DNA of 64,000 nt from Chloroflexota bacterium (lineage in GTDB: Bacteria > Chloroflexota > Limnocylindria > P2-11E). Each line of letters begins with the position of its first letter. Within the stretch, counting starts at the first letter, position 1. The DNA lies in NCBI GenBank assembly GCA_005883625.1, contig VBDU01000071.1:89439-153438 (forward strand), given 5' to 3'. Shown here in pieces: positions 1-8,655 of the stretch. The position numbers and the translations under genes were made by a program. The notes beneath the pieces are model-generated. The model did not search any database. It saw nothing but the letters and a program-made list of their open reading frames with translations, and was not told the DNA's origin.

Positions 1-1
1 C

Positions 2-298
2 GGCGGCGTCCTGAATCCGGGCGAGCGTCTCGAGGACGCGCTCGCTCGCGAGGTGCGGGAGGAGACGGCGCTCGAGATCGAGGTCGGCCCGCTCCTCGAG
101 GCGGCCGCGGGCTACCGCTGGCGCCATGTCGATCTCGTCTACGCGTACCGGGTGACGGTGGCCGGCACCCGACTTTCGGGCGAGCTTGCCGAGCTGCGCT
201 CGTTCGATCCGGCCGGCCTGCCCGAGATGCGCGCGGACCAGCGCGGCGTCGTGGAACGCCAGGTCTCGCGCGCCGTGGACTGGGCGCGAGGCCGCTAG
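2..298 (+). CDS. NUDIX hydrolase, 5' truncated at the window edge
   Basis: The translation starts with a Nudix box, GGVLNPGERLEDALAREVREETALEIE (GX5EX7REVXEEXGI pattern). Frame shared with track ORF 53..298. Confidence 0.7.
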   Translation, partial: GGVLNPGERLEDALAREVREETALEIEVGPLLEAAAGYRWRHVDLVYAYRVTVAGTRLSGELAELRSFDPAGLPEMRADQRGVVERQVSRAVDWARGR

Positions 299-678
299 TG
301 CGGATCCGCTCGCTGGATCACATCGTCCTGACGGTCGCCGACGTCGACCGGACCGCCGAGTGGTACGGCCGCGTGCTGGGCATGGACGCGGTGACCTTCG
401 GGACCGGCCGCCGCGCGCTGGCGTTCGGTTCGCAGAAGCTCAACCTTCATCAGGCCGGCCGCGAGTTCGAGCCCAAGGCCGCGCGCCCGACGCCGGGGTC
501 GGCGGACCTCTGTTTCATCACCGACGTGCCGCTGGACGACGCGATCGCGGCGCTCCAGCGGGCCGGGGTCGCGGTCGAGCTTGGCCCGGTGCCCAAGACC
601 GGCGCCCGGCGGCCGCTGCGCTCGGTGTACGTGCGCGATCCGGACGGGAACCTCATCGAGATCGCGAACGAGCTCTGA
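298..678 (+). CDS. VOC / glyoxalase-bleomycin resistance family protein
   Basis: 126 aa, MRIRSLDHIVLTVADVDRTAEWYGRVLGM...DPDGNLIEIA. Typical glyoxalase-fold N- and C-terminal motifs. Confidence 0.8.
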   Translation: MRIRSLDHIVLTVADVDRTAEWYGRVLGMDAVTFGTGRRALAFGSQKLNLHQAGREFEPKAARPTPGSADLCFITDVPLDDAIAALQRAGVAVELGPVPKTGARRPLRSVYVRDPDGNLIEIANEL

Positions 679-1556
679 GCATCGGTCGCGCCGCGCGGAA
701 CGCGCTCGTTCTCCTCGCGGTCGCCGCGATCGGCGCGTGGCTCGCGGCGCCGGTCGTGCGCGCGTGGCTTCTCGTCGCCGCGCACCCGAGCGTCCCGGTG
801 CCGCCGGCCGACCTCGCGGTCGAGGACCTCACGTTCCCGGGACCCGACGGCGCTCTCAGCGGCTGGCTCGTAAGAGGCCGGCCGGGCGCCCCGGCGGTGG
901 TCCTCGTGCACGGGTTCAAGAGCTCGCGCGAAGAGATGGTGGGCTACGCGCGCTTCTTGAACGCCGGCGGCTACGGCGTCCTCCTCTTCGACACGCATGG
1001 CTGCGGCCGCAGCGACGGCGCGACGATCGGGCTCGGAGCGACGGAGCCGCGGGACATCTCGGCCGCGGTCGCGGCGGTCGCGACGCGCACGGGGGCCGCC
1101 AAGGTCGCGGTCCTCGGGATCTCCCTCGGCGCCGGCGCGGCGATCCTCGCGGCCGCCGGCGATCGCGCCATCGGCGCGGTGATCGCCGACAGCGCGTGGA
1201 CCGACCAGGACCTGCAGCTCGATCGCCTGTCGACGGTGCAGCTCGGTGCGGCCGCCGTCCCGTTGCCGCCGTACGGGCCGGCCATGGTGAGCGCGTTCGT
1301 CGGGACCGACGTCCGCCAGGCGCGGCCGCTCGAGGCCGTCGCGCGCGTCGCACCGCGGCCGCTCCTGCTGATCCACTCGGCCGACGACGCGAACGCGACG
1401 ACACCGGTCGCGGGAGCCCGCGCGCTCTTCGCCGCCGCCGGGGAGCCGAAGGAGCTCTGGGTCGCGCCGCGCGGCGGACACGTCGGCGCCGCCAGCGCGT
1501 TCCCCGAGGAGTACCGCGCACGGGTGCTCGCGTTCCTCGATCGCGCGCTGCGGTGA
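678..1556 (+). CDS. alpha/beta-fold hydrolase, probably membrane-anchored or secreted; start uncertain
   Basis: HGFKSS...GISLGAGAA contains the nucleophile elbow GxSxG, followed by an N-terminal hydrophobic segment ALVLLAVAAIGAWLAAP. No canonical start lies just upstream of the TM segment; in-frame candidates are CTG 675, GTG 756 and GTG 798. The long 186..1556 ORF N-terminus is Arg-rich and likely an overlap artefact. Confidence 0.55.
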   Translation, partial: SIGRAARNALVLLAVAAIGAWLAAPVVRAWLLVAAHPSVPVPPADLAVEDLTFPGPDGALSGWLVRGRPGAPAVVLVHGFKSSREEMVGYARFLNAGGYGVLLFDTHGCGRSDGATIGLGATEPRDISAAVAAVATRTGAAKVAVLGISLGAGAAILAAAGDRAIGAVIADSAWTDQDLQLDRLSTVQLGAAAVPLPPYGPAMVSAFVGTDVRQARPLEAVARVAPRPLLLIHSADDANATTPVAGARALFAAAGEPKELWVAPRGGHVGAASAFPEEYRARVLAFLDRALR

Positions 1557-1600
1557 GCCGCGCCACTCGTGCGCGCGGTCAGCTCCGAGCGCGGACCGCG

Positions 1601-2266
1601 CTACTCCGGCGGTCGGTCCGCTCCGAGCGCGGCGACGATCTCCTTGATCTGTCCGTGGTGCTCGAACTCGTGCTCGAGGATGCGGCGCATGACCTTCCGC
1701 GTCGTCCACCGGCGCCCCATGACCGTGTGATCGAGCGCGGTCTCGGCGGGGTCCATCACGGTGAAGCGCTGGAACGCCATCCGGTGGACCGCCTGCAGGG
1801 TATTGAAAGGATCGTCCGGCCAGCGCTCGAGCTTCGCGAGGAATTCGGCCTCGCTCTCCATGATGTGCTCGAGCGCCTCTCGGACGCTCCACGTCGTCTC
1901 GGTCGGCTTGCGCTCGAGCTCGGCGGGTGAGAGGCCGCGGACGAGCGCGACCAGCGCGGATCGGCTCGCCTCCATCCGGTGGAGAAAGTCGCGCAGCTCG
2001 TGTTCCTCGATCGCGCCGACGTCCTCCGGCGCGACGCGATCGGCCGGGAGTGGCTTCACGGCGAACGTGTCCGGGTCGAGATCCTTCCAGTGCTCGACCG
2101 AGACGCCACGGGTCTCGAGCAGCTCGAGGTAGGCGCGGAACGCCCGGCGCGCGTTCGCGACCGCCTCGTCCTTCGTCGTTCCCGAGGCGACGCACCCGGG
2201 CAGGACCGGCACGTGCGCGAGCCAGTAGCTCTCGCCCCCCTGCCAGTAGATCGTCGGCGCGCTCAC
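1601..2266 (-). CDS. HicB-like (UPF0150) N-terminal domain fused to a DinB_2/YfiT-like metal-dependent hydrolase domain
   Basis: The GTG start overlaps the upstream regulator stop (GTGA, 2263-2266). N-terminus YWQGGESYWLAHVPVLPGCVASGTTKDEAVANARRAFRAYLE is HicB-like. C-terminus ...ILEHEFEHHGQIKEI is the DinB_2 His motif. The 343-aa track ORF includes an Arg-rich upstream extension that I exclude. Confidence 0.6.
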   Translation of the reverse strand: MSAPTIYWQGGESYWLAHVPVLPGCVASGTTKDEAVANARRAFRAYLELLETRGVSVEHWKDLDPDTFAVKPLPADRVAPEDVGAIEEHELRDFLHRMEASRSALVALVRGLSPAELERKPTETTWSVREALEHIMESEAEFLAKLERWPDDPFNTLQAVHRMAFQRFTVMDPAETALDHTVMGRRWTTRKVMRRILEHEFEHHGQIKEIVAALGADRPPE

Positions 2267-2907
2267 GCTCTGACCCAGACCTTCTGCGCGCAGTCCGGGC
2301 GTATCGCGCGCACGGTCCCGTCGACCTCGACCCGCAGGGTCGACCCCGCGGGCTCGACGACACGGACGCGGACGCCCGGCCGCAGGCCTTGCGAGTCCAG
2401 GTACTGGAGGAAGCCCGGCTCGTGCTCGAACTGGTCCGGAATGCGCTCGATCGTCGCGCTGCCCCCGCGCTCGACCTGCTCGAGTGGCTTCGTCGGCCGC
2501 CGCGCCGCTCCGGGCATGGGGTTGCCGTGCGGGCAGGTCTGGGGATCGCCGAGGACGCGCACGAGGCGCTCCTCCATCTCCGGCGACATCGCGTGCTCGA
2601 TGCGCTCCGCCTCCTCGTGGGTCTTCCACCACTCGTAGCCGAGAAGGTCGACGAGCATCCGCTCGGCGAGGCGGTGCCGGCGGATGATGGAGTCGGCCAG
2701 CCGCTGTCCGCTCTCGGTCAGATGCACTTCTTTACGTCCATCCAACGAAACGAGGCCATCTCGCTCTAGCCGGTGGACCATCTCGGAGACCGCGGCCGCC
2801 GAAACCCCCATGAAAGCGGCCAGACGAGCGCCGATCACGCTCGTTCCCTCATCGGCGAGCGTGTAGACAGCTTGGAGGTATTCCTCGATCGCGGGCGAGC
2901 TGGCCAT
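2263..2907 (-). CDS. DtxR/IdeR-family metal-dependent transcriptional repressor with C-terminal FeoA/SH3-like domain
   Basis: HRLAERMLVDLLGY...EHAMSPE matches the IdeR/DtxR metal-site region, with a helix-turn-helix (HTH) N-terminus and an SH3-like C-terminal domain. Residues equivalent to DtxR Met10 and Cys102 are Glu here, which may point to Mn rather than Fe selectivity (inference). Confidence 0.85.
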   Translation of the reverse strand: MASSPAIEEYLQAVYTLADEGTSVIGARLAAFMGVSAAAVSEMVHRLERDGLVSLDGRKEVHLTESGQRLADSIIRRHRLAERMLVDLLGYEWWKTHEEAERIEHAMSPEMEERLVRVLGDPQTCPHGNPMPGAARRPTKPLEQVERGGSATIERIPDQFEHEPGFLQYLDSQGLRPGVRVRVVEPAGSTLRVEVDGTVRAIRPDCAQKVWVRA

Positions 2908-2941
2908 GGCCTCGATTCTTGACCCAGCGGGTCGGAATTTA

Positions 2942-2960
2942 TTAGGCTCGCTTGATGTAA
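2942..2960. promoter_or_regulatory. candidate DtxR/IdeR-type operator in the divergent regulator / FTR1 intergenic region
   Basis: TTAGGCTCGCTTGATGTAA matches the DtxR consensus TTAGGTTAGCCTAACCTAA at 13 of 19 positions. It sits in a locally AT-rich 105-nt divergent intergenic region, and a TTGACC -35-like hexamer lies at 2919-2924. Confidence 0.35.
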
Positions 2961-3012
2961 GGGGCGCCTAAGGAGCCTCTCCCCGGGTGCCGAGTATCGC
3001 ACCGGAGGTCGC

Positions 3013-3849
3013 ATGTCGGCGGCGGACGTCTCAGCGCTGGTCATCGCACTTCGCGAGGGCGTCGAGATGACGCTCATCGTCGGGATCGTGCTCGCCTACC
3101 TAACGCGGATCGGCGCGCGGCGGGCGCATCGGTTCGTGTGGGCGGGCGTCGGCGCCGCCGCGATCGTGAGCCTCGCGTTCCTCGGCGTGCTGAACGCGCT
3201 CAACGCCGAGTTCAAGGGCACGACCGAGAAGATCTACGAGGGCGCGACGTTGCTGCTGGCCGCGGCATTCCTCACCTGGATGATCCTCTGGATGCTCGAG
3301 CGGTCGCGCTACCTCAAGACGGAGCTCCAGCGTGGCGTGCAGGAGGCGCTCGCGGCCGGCGGCGCGGTCTGGGGGCTCTTCCTGCTGGCCTTCTTCACCG
3401 TGGCGCGGGAGGGCGTGGAGACGGCGCTCCTGCTGTTCGCGGCTCCCGGGGAGGGGAAGCTCTTCGGCGCCGTCGTCGGCTTCGCGATCGCCATCGGGAT
3501 CGGCGTGCTCATCTACGTCTACGGCCGGCGGCTCGACCTGGCGACGTTCTTCCGGGTCACCGGGATCATGCTCATCGTCTTCGCCGCCGGGCTCGTGACG
3601 CACGGCGTGCACGAATTCGTCGAGGCTGGGCTCGCGGGCGGGCCGACGCTGTTCGATCTCGGCCAGGTGCTTCCCGACAGCGACGGCGTCGGCGCCGTGC
3701 TGCGGACACTGATCGGATACTCCGCCGACCCGACGCTCCTCGAAGGCGCGTCCTGGGGCGGTTACTTCGTGCTGGCCTGGGCGCTGGCGAAGGCGCGCGT
3801 GTTCGCGCGGCGCTTGGTACCGACGACGGAGGTCCGTCCCGCCCAATAG
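3013..3849 (+). CDS. FTR1-family high-affinity iron permease (EfeU-like)
   Basis: 278 aa polytopic protein with two REGxE motifs (REGVEM, REGVET) diagnostic for FTR1/EfeU. Confidence 0.85.
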   Translation: MSAADVSALVIALREGVEMTLIVGIVLAYLTRIGARRAHRFVWAGVGAAAIVSLAFLGVLNALNAEFKGTTEKIYEGATLLLAAAFLTWMILWMLERSRYLKTELQRGVQEALAAGGAVWGLFLLAFFTVAREGVETALLLFAAPGEGKLFGAVVGFAIAIGIGVLIYVYGRRLDLATFFRVTGIMLIVFAAGLVTHGVHEFVEAGLAGGPTLFDLGQVLPDSDGVGAVLRTLIGYSADPTLLEGASWGGYFVLAWALAKARVFARRLVPTTEVRPAQ

Positions 3850-3857
3850 ACTGACGA

Positions 3858-3900
3858 CTCGAGGGGTTCCGCCCCGAGTCGGGGGGCTCCGCCCCCCGGC
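3858..3900 (+). terminator. tandem GC-rich stem-loops immediately after the FTR1 stop
   Basis: GGGGTTCCGCCCC and GGGGGGCTCCGCCCCCC are two direct-repeat hairpins with G4-6 / C4-6 stems and 5-nt loops. No clear U-tract follows. Confidence 0.3.
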
Positions 3901-3919
3901 CCCCAAAGGAAGGACTGAT

Positions 3920-4939
3920 TTGTTCTCTCGTCAGATCGGCATCGACCTCGGCACGGCCAACGTCATCGTCTACGTCCGAGGAAAGGGCATCGTCCTCACG
4001 GAGCCGTCGGTCGTCGCCCTCGCGCACGAGAATGGCCAGAGCCGGCCGCGCATCGTCGCCGTCGGCGAGGAGGCGCGCCTGATGCTGGGGCGCACTCCTG
4101 GCAGCATCACGGCGCTACGTCCGATGCGCGACGGCGTCATCGCCGACTACGTGATCACCGAGTACATGCTGAAGTACTTCATCGACAAGACCTGCGGACG
4201 GATCCGCATCTTCCACCCCGAGCTCATGATCTGCGTGCCGTCCGGCGTGACGAGCGTCGAGCGCCGCGCGGTGAAGGACGCGGCGGTGCGGGCGGGGGCG
4301 CGGGACGCGCACCTCATCGAGGAGCCGCTCGCCGCGGCGATCGGAGCGAACATCCCGATCTCGGGTCCGTCGGGGAACCTGATCATCGACATCGGCGGCG
4401 GCACCGCGGAGATCGCGGTCATCTCGCTCGGCGGCATCGTCGTGTCGCGCAGCGTGCGCGCGGCGGGCAACAAGCTCGACGAGGCGATCGCGAGCTTCGT
4501 GCGCAAGCGCTACAACCTCATGATCGGCGAGCGCACGGCCGAGGACGTGAAGATCCAGATCGGCTCCGCGCTGCCGATGGACCCCGAGCTCACGATGGAG
4601 GTGCGCGGCCGGGATCTCATCGCCGGCCTCCCGCGCACGATCACGATCGGCAGCAACGAGATCACCGAGGCCATGGACCCCGTCCTCCAGCAGATCATCG
4701 CCTCGGTGAAGTCCGTGCTCGAGGAGACGCCGCCCGAGCTCGCATCGGACGTCATCGACAAAGGCATGGTCCTCTCCGGCGGAGGCGCGCTCCTGCGGAA
4801 CATGGACAAGCTCCTGACCCAGGTCACCGGGGTCGCCTGCTACGTGGCCGAGAACCCGCTCTACTGCGTCGCGAAAGGCACGGGTCTCGCGCTCGAGCAC
4901 CTCGACTTCTTCCGCAGAAGCCTCGTGGCGGTCCATTAG
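3920..4939 (+). CDS. mreB: rod-shape-determining protein MreB
   Basis: 339 aa with [13 protein letters not shown]...[15 protein letters not shown], the actin-like MreB signatures. RBS AAAGGAAGG lies upstream. Confidence 0.9.
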   Translation: MFSRQIGIDLGTANVIVYVRGKGIVLTEPSVVALAHENGQSRPRIVAVGEEARLMLGRTPGSITALRPMRDGVIADYVITEYMLKYFIDKTCGRIRIFHPELMICVPSGVTSVERRAVKDAAVRAGARDAHLIEEPLAAAIGANIPISGPSGNLIIDIGGGTAEIAVISLGGIVVSRSVRAAGNKLDEAIASFVRKRYNLMIGERTAEDVKIQIGSALPMDPELTMEVRGRDLIAGLPRTITIGSNEITEAMDPVLQQIIASVKSVLEETPPELASDVIDKGMVLSGGGALLRNMDKLLTQVTGVACYVAENPLYCVAKGTGLALEHLDFFRRSLVAVH

Positions 4940-4942
4940 ACC

Positions 4943-4988
4943 GGGCGGGGAGCGAGGGCTCAGGGGAAGGGGCCGAGGGGCAGGGGAC
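4943..4988 (+). other. G-tract cluster (potential G-quadruplex) in the mreB / wecB intergenic region
   Basis: GGGCGGGGAGCGAGGGCTCAGGGGAAGGGGCCGAGGGGCAGGGGA contains seven G3-4 runs. Confidence 0.3.
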
Positions 4989-5022
4989 CCTCTCAGCGAA
5001 GCGTGCAGCGAGTGGAGCGAGC

Positions 5023-5835
5023 GTGCCGACCGAGCAGGGACGTGCCTCGAAACGAGCGGACGGCCCCACGAGCGAAGCGGCCGAAGGCAGCGGAGTGAGT
5101 AGGGATCGGAGAGTCGACGTGCTCGGCGTCGGCTTCGATCGGGTCGGCCTCCGCGGCGCCCTCGAGAGGGTCCTCGAGCGGCACGCGGCAGGGGAGCGGA
5201 CGTTCATCATCACCGCGAACCCGGAGTTCGTCATGCTCGCGCGCCACGATCGCGAGCTCGCGGGCGTCGCGCGCGAGGCCCATCTCGTCGTGGCGGACGG
5301 GGCCGGCATCCTCGTCGCCTCGCGTCTTCTCGGCGATCCGCTGCCCGCGCGGGTCCCTGGCCGTTTCCTCGTGCAGGCGATCCTCCCGCGTCTCGCCGCG
5401 CTCGGTGCACCGGTGTTCCTCCTCGGCGCCGGGCCCGGCGTCGCCGATCGCGCGGCCGAGACGCTCCGCCGTCGCGTCCCCGGCATCCGCATCGCGGGGA
5501 CGGACACGGGGTCGCCGGACGACGATGCGACTGTCGCGCGCGTGGCGGCAGCGCGTCCGCGCGTGCTCCTCGTCGCCTACGGCATGCCGCGCCAGGAGCG
5601 CTGGCTCGCGCGGAACCTTCCGCGGCTCGAGTCGGTCAAGGTCGCGATCGGCGTGGGCGGCGTGTTCGACCAGCTCGCCGGCCGCGTGCGCCTGCCTCCG
5701 CGCCTCGTGCACGCGCTCGGGTTCGAGTGGCTGTGGCGCCTCGCGTTCGAGCCGCGCCGCTGGCGCCGCCAGCGCGTTCTCCCACTCTTCGTCGCCCACG
5801 TCCTCCTCGAACGCGCGCGTCACGGCGCGCGATGA
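5023..5835 (+). CDS. WecB/TagA/CpsF-family glycosyltransferase (GT26; UDP-ManNAc / polyprenyl-PP-GlcNAc transferase type)
   Basis: VLGVGFDRV...FIITANPEFVM...VAYGMPRQERW...IGVGGVFD is the WecB/TagA family pattern. Start could be ATG 5023 or GTG near 5098. ATGA overlap with the next gene. Confidence 0.75.
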   Translation: MPTEQGRASKRADGPTSEAAEGSGVSRDRRVDVLGVGFDRVGLRGALERVLERHAAGERTFIITANPEFVMLARHDRELAGVAREAHLVVADGAGILVASRLLGDPLPARVPGRFLVQAILPRLAALGAPVFLLGAGPGVADRAAETLRRRVPGIRIAGTDTGSPDDDATVARVAAARPRVLLVAYGMPRQERWLARNLPRLESVKVAIGVGGVFDQLAGRVRLPPRLVHALGFEWLWRLAFEPRRWRRQRVLPLFVAHVLLERARHGAR

Positions 5836-6926
5836 AGCTCGCGCTCGCGCACGAGTACTTCAGCGCCCGCGGCGGCGCCGAGCGGGTCGTCGACGTGCTC
5901 CATGGGATGTGGCCCGAGGCGCCCGTCTACACGTTCTTCCACGACCGCCGCCGCTACGGCCGCCTCGACGGCTGGGATCTGCGGACGAGCTACCTGCAGC
6001 CCGTCGCGCTCGGTGGCGGCCTGCACCGGCTGCTGCTCCCGTTGTACCCGAACGCCGCTCGCTCGCTGCGCGTCGGAGCGGAGTTCGACGTGGCGCTCGT
6101 CTCGACGAGCGCGTTCATCAAGGGCCTCGCGCTCTCCGACCGCACCGTCGAGGTCGCGTACTGTCACTCGCCGACGCGGTACCTCTGGGACTGGGCGGAG
6201 CGCTATCTCGAGGAGGAGGTGCCGGCCCCGCTGCAGCCGGTCGTGCGCGAATTACAGGCCCGGCTGCGAGAGACCGATCTCGCGTTCGCGTCGCGCGTTG
6301 ACCGCTGGATCGCGAACTCGCGCGCGGTCGCGGAGCGCATCGCGCGGTACTACGGTCGCGAGAGCGAGATCGTGCATCCCGCCGTCGACGTCGACGCGTT
6401 CGCCGCGAGCGGCCAGCGCGGCGATTTCTGGCTCTTCGTCGGCCGGCTGTCGGCGTACAAACGGGCCGACCTCGCGGTGAGCGCGTTCAACGAGCTGGGC
6501 CTGCGCCTGCTCGTGGTCGGTGGGGGCCGCGAGCGCGACCGCCTCGAGCGCCTGGCCCACGAGAACGTGGTGTTCGCCGGCCGCGCCGACGACGCGACAC
6601 TCCGCGACCTCCTCGCGTCGGCGCGCGGCCTCGTCTTCCCGGCCGAGGACGACTTCGGGCTGGTGTGCGTCGAGGCGCTCGCCTCCGGTGCGCCCGTCGT
6701 CGCGCTCGCCGCGGGCGGCGCGCCGGACATCGTCCGCGACGGCGAGGACGGCGCGCTGTTCGCGCATCCCGAGGCCGGCGAGGTGGCGGACGCCGTCCTC
6801 CGTGTCGAACGCGGATCGTTCGATCCGCGCGCGTTGCGCGAGTCCGCGCGCAGGTTCGATGTGTCACGATTCCGCGACCGCGTGCGCGCGATCGTCGATG
6901 ACGCTTATCGCAAAGGAAGACCTTGA
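5832..6926 (+). CDS. GT4 (GT-B fold) glycosyltransferase
   Basis: EDDFGLVCVEALASGAPVVA is the GT1/GT4 EX7E-region motif. ATG overlaps the upstream stop (ATGA). Confidence 0.8.
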   Translation: MKLALAHEYFSARGGAERVVDVLHGMWPEAPVYTFFHDRRRYGRLDGWDLRTSYLQPVALGGGLHRLLLPLYPNAARSLRVGAEFDVALVSTSAFIKGLALSDRTVEVAYCHSPTRYLWDWAERYLEEEVPAPLQPVVRELQARLRETDLAFASRVDRWIANSRAVAERIARYYGRESEIVHPAVDVDAFAASGQRGDFWLFVGRLSAYKRADLAVSAFNELGLRLLVVGGGRERDRLERLAHENVVFAGRADDATLRDLLASARGLVFPAEDDFGLVCVEALASGAPVVALAAGGAPDIVRDGEDGALFAHPEAGEVADAVLRVERGSFDPRALRESARRFDVSRFRDRVRAIVDDAYRKGRP

Positions 6927-7618
6927 ACGAACACGACCGACGCATCCGCATCGACATGCACACGCATTCGGAGTACTCGCCCGACAGCCGCACGCCGCTC
7001 GCGGAACAGGCCCGGGCGGTCCGTGCGGCGGGCCTCGACGTCGTCTGCGCGACCGACCACAACGTCATCGCCGGCGCGCTCCGGCTGCGCGAGATGGCTG
7101 AGGGCTTCCGCGTCATCGTCGGCGAGGAGATCAGCACGCGCGACGGCGAGCTGATCGGGCTCTTCCTCGAGCGCGAGATCCCGCGCGACCTCACCGGCGA
7201 GGAGACGATCGCCCGGATACGCGAGCAGGGCGGCGTGGTCGTCGTGCCGCATCCGTTCAGCCGGAACCGCATGTATCACCTGCGGCGAGAGGCGCTGGAT
7301 CGGCTCTGGCCGAAGGTCGACGCGATCGAGGTGTTCAACGCGCGCGAGGCGTTCGCCGGCGACAACCGCCGCGCCGCCGTCTACGCGGCGGAGCGCGACC
7401 TCGCCGGCGCCGCCGGAAGCGACGCGCACCGGCCTGCCGAAGTGGGCCGGGCGTACGTCGAGATGGCCGACTTCGCCGGCCGCGACGATTTCGTCGCGGC
7501 CCTCCGCGCCGGCACCGCCCAGGGCACGCTCTCGGGAACGCGCGTACACGTCCTCACGCGCTACGACCGCATCCGCAAGTGGCTCGGACGACGGAAGACC
7601 GCGAGCGACGTCCGCTGA
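6923..7618 (+). CDS. PHP-domain metal-dependent phosphoesterase
   Basis: IDMHTHSEYSPD...VVCATDHN are PHP His motifs; 231 aa. TTG start overlaps the upstream stop (TTGA). Confidence 0.7.
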   Translation: MNEHDRRIRIDMHTHSEYSPDSRTPLAEQARAVRAAGLDVVCATDHNVIAGALRLREMAEGFRVIVGEEISTRDGELIGLFLEREIPRDLTGEETIARIREQGGVVVVPHPFSRNRMYHLRREALDRLWPKVDAIEVFNAREAFAGDNRRAAVYAAERDLAGAAGSDAHRPAEVGRAYVEMADFAGRDDFVAALRAGTAQGTLSGTRVHVLTRYDRIRKWLGRRKTASDVR

Positions 7619-8655
7619 CCGCACCCGGGCGGGCGCACGTCGAGGACCCGAGCATCGAGGCGCTCGCATCCGCCGCCGGACGCACCGACGAGCTCGCCGT
7701 CCGTCGCCAGCTCTTCGGCTGGCGTGAGGTCATATCGACCGTCATCCCCGTCCTCCTCATCGTGTACTTCGCGCGGAACGTCGACTTCGGCCAGGCGCTC
7801 GCGACGATCCGCGGCTCGAATCCCCTCTGGGTGCTCACGGCGCTCGTCGTCTACTACATGTCGTTCCCGGTGCGGGCGATCCGCTGGGCGCGACTGCTCC
7901 GCGAAGGCGGCACGCGGATCGGCGGTGGCGATCTCCTCGAGATCCTCCTCCTCGGCTGGTTCGTCAACTGTCTCGTGCCCGCCAAGCTCGGCGACCTCTA
8001 CCGCAGCTACCTCGTGAAGCGGCGTTTCGGCGTGTCGCTCTCGCGGACCGTGGGCGTCGTGGTCGCGGAGCGACTCCTCGACCTGTTCGCGGTCTTCGGC
8101 CTTCTCATCGTGGTCGGCTACATCGCGTTCGGTCGCACGGTCCTTCCCGATCTCACCCTCATGTACGTCTCGGCCGTCGCGCTCGGCGTCCTCATCGTCG
8201 TCGGGTTCATCGCGCTCTACGCGGTCGCGCCGCGCATCGCCCATCTCTTCCCCGGCGAGGTGCGCCGCATCGGCCGTCTCTTCCGCGAGGGCGTCGTGCA
8301 CAGCTTCCGCGCGCTACCGGTCGCCGGTCCGCTGACGCTCCTCGTGTGGTTCTTCGAAGCGGGACGCCTCATGTGCGTGCTCGCCGCCCTCGGGCTCACC
8401 CTTCCACCGTCGCAGGTCGTGTTCGTCGCCGTCGCGTCATCGCTCCTCACGACCGTCCCGCTCACGCCCGCGGGCTTCGGCTTCGTAGAGATCGCGATGG
8501 TGTACGTCCTCAGCGAGGCGTTCGGGCTTCCGCAGCACGATGCCGTCGCGGTCGCGGTCCTCGACCGCACGGTGAGCGTGTTCTCGCTCGTCGCCGTCGG
8601 CGGCGTGCTCTATCTGCGCACGCAGCGCACGGAGCGGATCGGCGCGGGCCGGTGA
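7579..8655 (+). CDS. flippase-like / lysylphosphatidylglycerol-synthase-TM (UPF0104) family membrane protein
   Basis: Polytopic membrane protein with the family pattern, often linked to glycosyltransferase loci. Start ambiguous: GTG 7579 gives a 40-nt overlap, while CTG 7615 would make a CTGA overlap. Confidence 0.6.
   Translation: MARTTEDRERRPLTAPGRAHVEDPSIEALASAAGRTDELAVRRQLFGWREVISTVIPVLLIVYFARNVDFGQALATIRGSNPLWVLTALVVYYMSFPVRAIRWARLLREGGTRIGGGDLLEILLLGWFVNCLVPAKLGDLYRSYLVKRRFGVSLSRTVGVVVAERLLDLFAVFGLLIVVGYIAFGRTVLPDLTLMYVSAVALGVLIVVGFIALYAVAPRIAHLFPGEVRRIGRLFREGVVHSFRALPVAGPLTLLVWFFEAGRLMCVLAALGLTLPPSQVVFVAVASSLLTTVPLTPAGFGFVEIAMVYVLSEAFGLPQHDAVAVAVLDRTVSVFSLVAVGGVLYLRTQRTERIGAGR

Noticed and set aside
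186-677. N-terminal 160 codons of ORF 186..1556 overlapping the NUDIX and VOC genes
   Set aside because: The Arg-rich translation is in a different frame from two genes with clear motifs. The hydrolase most likely starts near 678-756.
450-2363. 637-aa minus-strand ORF and other long Arg/Ala/Gly-rich ORFs across the window (e.g. 8610..10022 -, 10103..11986 -, 12736..14358 -, 15936..17003 -, 20279..21412 -, 45194..47068 -, 47600..49279 -, 52490..54466 -, 57127..58155 +)
   Set aside because: Antisense or out-of-frame ORFs typical of 70% GC DNA. They have low-complexity R/A/G/P-rich translations with no domain signatures, and they overlap genes that have clear family motifs.
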